A stretch of 64,000 nucleotides of DNA. Origin: Candidatus Hydrogenedentota bacterium. GTDB taxonomy: Bacteria > Hydrogenedentota > Hydrogenedentia > Hydrogenedentales > SLHB01. Shown piece after piece: positions 56,702 through 64,000 of the stretch; the stretch's first letter is position 1, and each line of letters starts with the position of its first letter. The position numbers were made by a program, and so were the translations under genes. A model generated the notes under the pieces. It saw only the letters and a program-made list of their open reading frames with translations, was not told the origin of the DNA and did not search any database. Location of the stretch: positions 1-64,000 of the forward strand of contig CAVUWV010000036.1 in assembly GCA_963745075.1 (NCBI GenBank), in the 5' to 3' direction.

Positions 56702-57775
56702 ATGGTCGATATCAGCATCAAAGAATTGCTCACCAAAACCATCGAAAAAGGCGCCAGCGATCTGCATATCGTCGTTGGTTCGCCGCCCATCATTCGGCTT
56801 AACGGCAACCTCGAGGCCATGCACGAATACCCGGTCTTCAAGCCGGACGAGACGCAGGAAATCATCTATAGCGTCATGAGCGAAGAACAGATCGCGATGT
56901 TTGAAACGGACCGCGAGTGCGACCTCTCGTTCGGGATTGAAGGACTTAGCCGGTTCCGTCTCAACGTCTACCGCGACCGGGGATCGGTGGTGGCGGCGTT
57001 TCGCGCGATCCCCTTTGAAATCCGGGGCTTTGAAGAATTGGGGCTGCCCCGGGTCGTCGCGGATTTTGCCTACCGCCCGCTGGGGCTTATCCTGGTTTGC
57101 GGCCCGACGGGTAGCGGAAAATCGACCACGCTCGCCTCGATCATCGATAAAATCAATCGCGAACGTCCCGTGCACATCATAACCATCGAGGATCCCATCG
57201 AATATCTGCACAATCACAATGTGGCTACAATCAACCAGCGGGAAGTCAACGCGGACACCAAGTCCTTTGGCGCAGCGTTGAAACGTGTGCTTCGTCAGGA
57301 TCCCGACGTGATTCTCATTGGTGAGATGCGCGATCCGGAGACAATCGCCGCTGCTTTGACCGTGGCGGAGACGGGGCACCTCGCCTTTGCCACGCTGCAC
57401 ACCAACGACGCGCTCCAGTCGATTAACCGTATCGTGGATGTGTTTCCCTCGAACCAGCAGGATCAGATTCGCACGCAGTTGTCGTTCGTGCTGGAAGGCA
57501 TCGCAGTGCAGCAGCTCATCCCGCGCGCGGACGGTATGGGGCGGGCCCTCGCCCTGGAGGTGATGCTACCCAATACGGCTATCCGTTCGCTCATCCGCGA
57601 GCAGAAGCTTCAGCAGATTCCGTCCATGATCGAGATTGGCGCGGGCGAAGGCATGATGACCATGAACCAGTCCCTCTACCGGCTCATGCGGCGCAACGTG
57701 ATTACGAGCGACATGGCGTTCAAGCGCAGTGCCGATCCGGAAGGCCTGCGGCGCCTGATGGAAAAGGGGCTGTGA
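56702..57775 (+). CDS. pilT: Type IV pilus retraction ATPase PilT
   Basis: GASDLH, GPTGSGKSTT, TIEDPIE, LRQDPD, AETGHL, AIRSLIRE. Confidence 0.92.
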   Translation: MVDISIKELLTKTIEKGASDLHIVVGSPPIIRLNGNLEAMHEYPVFKPDETQEIIYSVMSEEQIAMFETDRECDLSFGIEGLSRFRLNVYRDRGSVVAAFRAIPFEIRGFEELGLPRVVADFAYRPLGLILVCGPTGSGKSTTLASIIDKINRERPVHIITIEDPIEYLHNHNVATINQREVNADTKSFGAALKRVLRQDPDVILIGEMRDPETIAAALTVAETGHLAFATLHTNDALQSINRIVDVFPSNQQDQIRTQLSFVLEGIAVQQLIPRADGMGRALALEVMLPNTAIRSLIREQKLQQIPSMIEIGAGEGMMTMNQSLYRLMRRNVITSDMAFKRSADPEGLRRLMEKGL

Positions 57776-59400
57776 CCACTTCCGGCCTTCCCATTCCCGT
57801 CCGGCCATCGCTGAGCGCGTTCGGTCCGTGGCAGTTCGTCATCGGAAGCGTCCGGGTGGCGGCTGTCTGCGTCATCGCGGCGGGCACGCTTTCTTTTGGT
57901 GAATACGCGGGGAGTGAGTCGATCTATCTTTCCGCGTTCTACCTTTTCGGGCTGGTGTGCAGCGCCGGGTACCTGCTGGCGCTGCGGCGGGTGCACTACG
58001 TGACGCCCTTGTTCACCTGGGCGCAGGTGCTTGTCGATCTCGGCGTCGTCGCGGCGGCCGTCAGTTTCACCGGCGGTCTTGGCAGTCTGTACACCTTTCT
58101 GTTCGTCATCGTGGTTCTGGAAGCGGGCATACTGCTCGGACTGATCCAGGGATTTATCTTCGCAACGCTGTGCACGGGAATTATGGGGGTTCTGGTGCTC
58201 ATGCGGACAGTCCCGGCCGAGGGCCTGCCGATTGCAGAGCAATGGTACAACCAGGATCGCTATACCCTTTGGTACGGCTACCTCATCCAGGTGCTTGCTT
58301 ACTATCTTACCGCATCGATCAGCGGGTATTGGAATCAGCAACTGCACCGTCTGCAGCAATTCCAGCGGGAAATCCTGGACAACATGAACAATGGATTTCT
58401 GATCGCCGATCTCGCCGGCCGGATCACGGTGGTGAACAAGGCGGCGGAACGCATTCTCAATTTGCGGGAAGACAAAGCCATCGGCAAGCCGGTGCAGGAC
58501 ATCCTGCGCGTCGCGTCGGGCGAAGAATGCCCGGTGATTACCGCGTTGCGGTCGGAGCGTGATTTTACACGCTACGAATACACCGGTCTTGTCAATCCGG
58601 GCAAGACCATGCTTCTCGGCTTGAGCACCAGCCGCATCTACGACTGGCGCGGGCGCATGACGGGGATCATCGCGTCCTTCAGCGATCTGACGGAACTGGA
58701 GCAGATGCGGCAAGAACTCAAGCGGCAGGATCGCCTATCCATCGTAGGCGAACTGGCCGCCGGTTTGGCCCACGAGATCCGGAACCCGGTGGCAGCTATC
58801 CGCGGCGCAGTAGACGAACTTACCACGAGCCTGGATCACCCGAAAGTCGCGGAGAAACTACTCTCCATCGCGCTACGGGAATCGGACCAACTCAACGCGA
58901 TCGTCTCCGATTTTCTTGACTTTGCACGAAAACCCCGTATGCGTCGCGACATATTCGACGTGCGCGGGCTCATAGATGAAGTAACCGATTTCATGCAACG
59001 GAAATGCGAGGGGAACACGGAATTCTCGATCGAAACAGAGATTCCTGATGCGATCTGCCCTGTGTCCGGCGACCGGTCTCAGATCCGTCAAGTCTTTGTG
59101 AATCTCGCGAAGAACGCCGCGGAAGCCATGGACGAGCGGGGGCGTCTCCTCATCGCGGTTGTCCTGGGACCGTCCTCCGTCGAGGTCCGTTTCGATGACG
59201 AGGGACCGGGTATCGATCCCGACAAGGTTGCGCGCATATTCGAGCCTTTCTATACTACGAAGGACACCGGTGTTGGCATGGGGTTGGCTATCTGTCTTCG
59301 GATAGTCTCTGCCCACGACGGCACCATCCGGGCCGCGTCGCGCGAAGGAGGCGGCGCGACGATGAGCGTGAGGCTCCCCAGAGCGGGAACGGAGGAATAA
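57772..59400 (+). CDS. pilS: PilS-like membrane sensor histidine kinase (6 TM, PAS, HisKA, HATPase)
   Basis: TM bundle with FTGG..S.YTFLF, AHEIRNP H-box, NLAKNA, DEGPG, FEPFYTTK..GVGMGL, and the gene context. Confidence 0.75.
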   Translation: MTTSGLPIPVRPSLSAFGPWQFVIGSVRVAAVCVIAAGTLSFGEYAGSESIYLSAFYLFGLVCSAGYLLALRRVHYVTPLFTWAQVLVDLGVVAAAVSFTGGLGSLYTFLFVIVVLEAGILLGLIQGFIFATLCTGIMGVLVLMRTVPAEGLPIAEQWYNQDRYTLWYGYLIQVLAYYLTASISGYWNQQLHRLQQFQREILDNMNNGFLIADLAGRITVVNKAAERILNLREDKAIGKPVQDILRVASGEECPVITALRSERDFTRYEYTGLVNPGKTMLLGLSTSRIYDWRGRMTGIIASFSDLTELEQMRQELKRQDRLSIVGELAAGLAHEIRNPVAAIRGAVDELTTSLDHPKVAEKLLSIALRESDQLNAIVSDFLDFARKPRMRRDIFDVRGLIDEVTDFMQRKCEGNTEFSIETEIPDAICPVSGDRSQIRQVFVNLAKNAAEAMDERGRLLIAVVLGPSSVEVRFDDEGPGIDPDKVARIFEPFYTTKDTGVGMGLAICLRIVSAHDGTIRAASREGGGATMSVRLPRAGTEE

Positions 59401-59406
59401 CACGGA

Positions 59407-60798
59407 GTGGCTGTCCAACACCGAATCCTCGTGGTAGACGACGAGTCGGGCATGCGCGAACTGCTGGAAATCGTGCTCGCCAAAGACGGGTACGACGTGG
59501 TAACGGCTTCCAACGTCGATGATGCCCAGAGACTTCTCGAGGACCAGAGTTTTGACGTGGTGCTGACCGATCTCCGCATGGGCAGCGACCGCGACGCCGG
59601 GATGACGCTTCTCACGTGGTTGAATGAAAACAGCCCGTCCACACCATCGATCATGATGACGGCGTACGGTTCCGTGGAAACGGCCATCGAGGCCATGAAG
59701 CGGGGCGCGGCCGACTACATCATGAAGCCGTTCAAGAATGAGGAAGTCCGCATTCTTATTCAGCGGGCGATCGAGCAGACGCGAATCAAACGCGAAAACA
59801 TCGCGTTGCGAAAAGAACAGGCCAAGCGCGGCAACCTCGACAACATCATCGGCAAAAGCAAGCCCACCGAAGAATTGCGCGAGATGATTCGCCGCGTTGC
59901 GGATTTACCCAGCACGGTCGCCATCCACGGCGAGAGCGGAACCGGCAAGGAACTCGTTGCGCGGGGCATCCATCAATTGAGCAGCCGCACCGGCAAACCG
60001 TTCGTGGCCGTCAATTGCGGCGGATTCCCCGAGAATCTGTTGGAAAGCGAGCTGTTTGGCCACAAGAAGGGGTCGTTCACGGGCGCCTATGAAGACAAAG
60101 AAGGGCTGTTTGTGGTAGCCGATGGCGGTTCACTGTTCCTCGACGAGATTGGCGAAATGCCCATGGCCCTGCAAGTGAAACTGCTCCGCGTGTTGGACAA
60201 CAGTATCGTCCATCCAGTCGGCGGCACGGTGGGAAAGAAGGTCGACGTCCGGATTATTTCCGCGACGAACCGCGACCTCGCCGCCATGGCTCAGGAAGGT
60301 TCATTTCGGGAAGACTTGTACTATCGGCTCAACGTCATCCCCATAACCGTGCCGCCCTTGCGGGAGCGCGCCGATGACATCCCTCTGTTGATCCGGCATT
60401 TTGTGCGGGTCCACGGCGAGAAGATGAATCGCGGTGAATTGCAGGTTTCCAACGACGTCGAGGATCTATTGGGGGGCTATCCCTGGCCGGGGAATGTGCG
60501 CGAGCTGACCAATCTGCTCGAGCGGGCCGTGGCGCTGTGCCGGGGCGACGTTATCGAGATTGGCGACCTTCCCCCGAATATCCGCGATCACGTGGCTACT
60601 CCGGGAGAAACCGCCAAGAAATTGCCTCAAGGCGGTCTCGATCTGGAGGAGTACGTGGCCGAAATCGAAACCAGCCTCATCAAACAGGCGCTCCAAAGTA
60701 CCAAGTATTCCCAGAAACGGGCCGCCAATCTTCTGGGGCTCACCGCGCGGTCGCTACGCTATCGGTTGAAGAAGTACGGGCTGGCCGACGACGACTGA
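59407..60798 (+). CDS. pilR: PilR-like sigma54-dependent response regulator
   Basis: REC domain (ILVVDDE, TDLRM), GESGTGKE, GSFTGA, LFLDEIGE, WPGNVREL, and a Fis-type HTH. Confidence 0.78.
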   Translation: MAVQHRILVVDDESGMRELLEIVLAKDGYDVVTASNVDDAQRLLEDQSFDVVLTDLRMGSDRDAGMTLLTWLNENSPSTPSIMMTAYGSVETAIEAMKRGAADYIMKPFKNEEVRILIQRAIEQTRIKRENIALRKEQAKRGNLDNIIGKSKPTEELREMIRRVADLPSTVAIHGESGTGKELVARGIHQLSSRTGKPFVAVNCGGFPENLLESELFGHKKGSFTGAYEDKEGLFVVADGGSLFLDEIGEMPMALQVKLLRVLDNSIVHPVGGTVGKKVDVRIISATNRDLAAMAQEGSFREDLYYRLNVIPITVPPLRERADDIPLLIRHFVRVHGEKMNRGELQVSNDVEDLLGGYPWPGNVRELTNLLERAVALCRGDVIEIGDLPPNIRDHVATPGETAKKLPQGGLDLEEYVAEIETSLIKQALQSTKYSQKRAANLLGLTARSLRYRLKKYGLADDD

Positions 60799-60822
60799 TA
60801 GACTCGCGTCGTTCGTTGCAGA

Positions 60823-61395
60823 TTAGGCCATCCGTTGTTTGCGCCGTTCGATAAAAGCATTGAGCACGGCAATGCGCATCCGCCCGCCCATCTTTTCCCC
60901 GGTGTAGCCATCCAGCACGGCCAAGTCGATCTTCTGGCCGAACCGGCGAAAGTAGTAGACCCAGATTGGCGTGTGATAAGTGCAGTGTTCTTCGATCCGG
61001 ACCGCACTCGGTTTGGGACCCCGCTTCCGGAGGCAGTAACGAATTAGTCCGTCGCGCGCGTGTTGTTCCGCTTCCGAAACGTCGAGAACCGGATCGAACG
61101 TCTCGCCCTCCGGCGCGCGTTCTTCCAGAACGTCCAGTCGCTCAAAGAGTGCGAACCCGCCGAAACTAGCATCAACGGAAACCCAGAGGCTGCTTTCCAT
61201 TTTTCCTCGGGTAAGGACCATTCGAAATGCATAGACCGGCATCCACACCAGTTCCACTGAGGAGGGGAGTCCGCTTTCGGAAGTTCTGACTGGTCGCGGA
61301 CGCAGGAGACCAAATAAATTGCGGGCGCGGGGCCTCCAGAAGACCCGCGCGGCGTCCGTGAGTTCTAGCCGCGGCGGGAGGACAAGGCTGCTCAC
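60823..61395 (-). CDS. Hypothetical protein
   Basis: GTG start overlaps the upstream stop (GTGA). About 190 aa with LVWMPVY, PIWVYY and VLDGYTGE motifs. Confidence 0.65.
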   Translation of the reverse strand: MSSLVLPPRLELTDAARVFWRPRARNLFGLLRPRPVRTSESGLPSSVELVWMPVYAFRMVLTRGKMESSLWVSVDASFGGFALFERLDVLEERAPEGETFDPVLDVSEAEQHARDGLIRYCLRKRGPKPSAVRIEEHCTYHTPIWVYYFRRFGQKIDLAVLDGYTGEKMGGRMRIAVLNAFIERRKQRMA

Positions 61396-61649
61396 GAAAC
61401 GATTGTCTTGGACCGCTTGAATAGTCTCCATCCGTACGCGATGGCGCCCGAGCCGAGGACGCCGAGGATGAGGCCGGCAATGACGTTCACCACGGCGGCG
61501 TGGGTTCTGGTTGCCCAAAACGTTGCGATTAATACGGGGACGGCCAAGGCGAACACGAAGAGTCCGACGGCCATATACGTTTCGCCGTCGCGCTTCATCA
61601 TTTCGGCCCGAGTATGTCGCTCGGCTTTCTTATTAATCGTACTGGTCAT
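61392..61649 (-). CDS. Small 2-TM membrane protein
   Basis: GAGGA RBS and two hydrophobic helices; in the operon behind the symporter. Confidence 0.7.
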   Translation of the reverse strand: MTSTINKKAERHTRAEMMKRDGETYMAVGLFVFALAVPVLIATFWATRTHAAVVNVIAGLILGVLGSGAIAYGWRLFKRSKTIVS

Positions 61650-61653
61650 GGGG

Positions 61654-61986
61654 CTATCCTCGTCCGTAGAAATAGAAATACACAAACACGTGTGGGAGCA
61701 TGGAAACAACGGTCCAGATGCGAAGGTCAGTCCAGATCGATTCTTCACGGCGTCCCAGATTTACATAGGACTTGCCAAGGTAGAACCACACCCACAACAT
61801 CGTACCCAGAAAGAAACCGATGGCGGCAATGGTTGCCCACGGTTGGTAGATAGGGGCCAGGAATGAGTTGATGGGACCGAAGAACTTGATCAGAATTGGA
61901 TAGCAGAAGGTGGTGCAAAATGCATCCACCATTTGCGCGATTTGAGCGTATAGTGTGACGAGTGCTTCACGGACGGGAGCAAACAT
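61654..61986 (-). CDS. Small membrane protein
   Basis: TGATG coupling to the symporter stop; hydrophobic helices and a WTDLRIW motif. Confidence 0.7.
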   Translation of the reverse strand: MFAPVREALVTLYAQIAQMVDAFCTTFCYPILIKFFGPINSFLAPIYQPWATIAAIGFFLGTMLWVWFYLGKSYVNLGRREESIWTDLRIWTVVSMLPHVFVYFYFYGRG

Positions 61987-63548
61987 CAGGAATTCCTTTC
62001 TTCAAGTGCGTCTTGCGCCGCAGTGTTCTGCACGACCGAACTCCAAACCAAACCCCGGAGCTTCTCTTCCGATTCCTTCTTCGTAAGCAGGCTGACTACG
62101 ATAGTGACAATTACTGCAAAGACGAAGGACCACCATGCTACGAAGAGGAAGGGGTCTTCTGACGTAAAAAGACCCGGCGTATTCTTTAGTATAAAGCAAA
62201 ACATGACGCCCAGTACGAGCCCGGCCAGTCCGCCCCAGCGGTTGGCGCGGGGCCAAATAATCCCCAGCAGCAGAATGGCGAGCGTGGGGCCCTGGAACAT
62301 GCTGAGAATCGTCTGTGTGAATACGTAAATGCTCTCACGGTCGGCGATAGGTTTGGCAAGAATTGCCGAGGTAATAATCAGAAAAGCGGTAAACCCACGA
62401 CCAAGTTTCAGCGCTTGTTTCTCGGACAAGGCCTTCTTGCCAAACCAGTTTCGCATCTGTCCGTATATGTCGGTAATAAAGATCGTCGTAGCTGAATTGA
62501 GCGTACTTGAAATGCTGGACATCAATGCCGCGAACAGCGCCGCGAACATGAGTCCGCGAAGCCCCGCCGGAAGCAACAGGCGAATCATCTCCGGTACGGC
62601 GCGGTCGGCTTCTTCCATGGGAAGGTGGGGCACCAATACGATGGCACACAACCCGGGCAGAGCGACCATCAGGGGAATCATCGATTTTAAGAAACCACCC
62701 AACAACATACCGCCCTTGGCGTCCCACTCGCTGCGGGCACCCAAGGTGCGTTGCACGATCACCTGGTTGCCGCTCATGTACGCAATGGCAAGTACAATGC
62801 CCAGCCCGAACACAATCCCGGTCCACGGGAAAGGACCGGTTGTGTTGTGGGGAAGTAGGATGGTGAAATGGTGCGCATACTGGTCACCCTTGGCCAGGAC
62901 CTGCTGCTGCAAGGCCGTCCATCCGCCGACTTCCCACAACGCGAGGGTCAGCAAGCTCAATCCTCCGACGTACATAACGACGAGTTGCACGACATCGGTG
63001 AAGACTACGGCCGTCAGCCCGCCGGAGAATGTGTAAAGCCCCGTAACGATCGCCATGAGCCAAACGGACCGCATGGCGTTCCAGCCGAGAATCGTGTGCA
63101 TCAGCTTGTCGGCGGTAACCCACAGCATGATCGCCAAGCCCAGGAACATCACGATAGCCCAGATCATGGCTTGGATAAACTGGACCGCGGTGTTATAGCG
63201 CATGCCCAAGAATTCGGGAATCGTAAACACGCCCGTGCGCCAGAAATAGGGCACAAAGATGAACGCCGCGAATGCCATGGCCGGCATCGATCCGATCCAG
63301 TCAAAGTTCGCAGCGGATATGCCGTATCGGAAGGACGCCCCGGCCACGGCCACGAAGTCCGTTGCGCCGATATCACTTACCACAATGGAGAATCCGATGG
63401 CCCAGAAGGGGAGAGCCTTACCGGAAATGAAGAAATCTTCTGCATTCCCCACGTACCGGGTACAGAAGAAACCCAGAGCGAGCGTGCCGATCATGTACAC
63501 AGCAATGATGACGATGTCGACACCGGCAAGACCAATAATGTTTTCCAT
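61986..63548 (-). CDS. Sodium:solute symporter (SSS family)
   Basis: DFFISGKALPFWAIGFS, TIPEFL..RY, YTFSGGLTAVVFTD, NQVIVQR, AALMSS.SS.LNS. Confidence 0.93.
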   Translation of the reverse strand: MENIIGLAGVDIVIIAVYMIGTLALGFFCTRYVGNAEDFFISGKALPFWAIGFSIVVSDIGATDFVAVAGASFRYGISAANFDWIGSMPAMAFAAFIFVPYFWRTGVFTIPEFLGMRYNTAVQFIQAMIWAIVMFLGLAIMLWVTADKLMHTILGWNAMRSVWLMAIVTGLYTFSGGLTAVVFTDVVQLVVMYVGGLSLLTLALWEVGGWTALQQQVLAKGDQYAHHFTILLPHNTTGPFPWTGIVFGLGIVLAIAYMSGNQVIVQRTLGARSEWDAKGGMLLGGFLKSMIPLMVALPGLCAIVLVPHLPMEEADRAVPEMIRLLLPAGLRGLMFAALFAALMSSISSTLNSATTIFITDIYGQMRNWFGKKALSEKQALKLGRGFTAFLIITSAILAKPIADRESIYVFTQTILSMFQGPTLAILLLGIIWPRANRWGGLAGLVLGVMFCFILKNTPGLFTSEDPFLFVAWWSFVFAVIVTIVVSLLTKKESEEKLRGLVWSSVVQNTAAQDALEERNS

Positions 63549-63839
63549 AAGAAACCTTCCGCGGCTCGATCACTCATGAAGGGAACAAACGCACTTCCCC
63601 GTAGGTCAGAATGCCGCTACTTTACCCGTGATTAACTTTACCGGTCAAGTTTTTGCCGTATTTCCCGGAAAACAACCATTCCGGGTACCTCTTGCGGTGC
63701 TACTCAGGCGTGTACTATCATTCGAAATCGCGCTGGGACACGCGAGGGAGCGCGGTTTGGAATATTGTTTAGCGGATGGGCGACGGGCGTGGCGCGACGG
63801 CAATCGATGTGTGCAACGGGAGTGTAAGGGGCTAGTGAT

Positions 63840-64000
63840 ATGAGCGGTGCTATTCGGGTGACGGTGTGGAACGAAGGCGTTCACGAGAAGGAAATCGAAG
63901 AAGTCCGGAAGCTCTATCCCAACGGCATGGGCGCCCAGATTGCCGGGTATTTGTCGGGAAAAGACGGGATTGCGACGGTCCAGGTGTCGGAGTTGGATCA
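63840..64000 (+). CDS. thuA: ThuA-like trehalose-utilisation protein, N-terminal part (runs off the window)
   Basis: Manual translation MSGAIRVTVWNEGVHEKEIEEVRKLYPNGMGAQIAGYL matches the ThuA N-terminal pattern. Not in the ORF track. Confidence 0.7.
   Translation, partial: MSGAIRVTVWNEGVHEKEIEEVRKLYPNGMGAQIAGYLSGKDGIATVQVSELD

Overview
This is a high-GC chromosomal window from a diderm bacterium. Membrane-anchored ECF sigma factors with huge C-terminal extensions, a DUF1559-type prepilin-like gene, an LPS heptosyltransferase and many glycan-active enzymes suggest a Hydrogenedentota- or PVC-like organism, but that is inference only. There are about 45 CDS: carbohydrate enzymes (GH29, a GH127 fusion, esterases), three transmembrane ECF sigma factors, a type II toxin-antitoxin pair, an HTH-PTS EIIA/antiporter operon, a REP-associated tyrosine transposase inside mirrored REP elements, two PPIases and a type IV pilus cluster (pilB-pilT-pilS-pilR). 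About nine genes in the first 42 kb are split by single-base frameshifts, most likely assembly indels. Three observations stand out. (1) The first gene of the pilus operon fuses a c-di-GMP-binding MshEN domain to a DnaA/Hda-type AAA+ domain that lacks the DNA-binding domain IV. (2) An ORF-free, highly structured RNA of about 200 nt has its own near-consensus sigma70 promoter, three NrdR-box-like sites, a loop motif present twice and a downstream hairpin. (3) A transmembrane ECF sigma factor has its discoidin sensor domain duplicated as the adjacent stand-alone gene. I found no rRNA, tRNA or CRISPR array. All family assignments come from motif recognition by eye, not from database searches.
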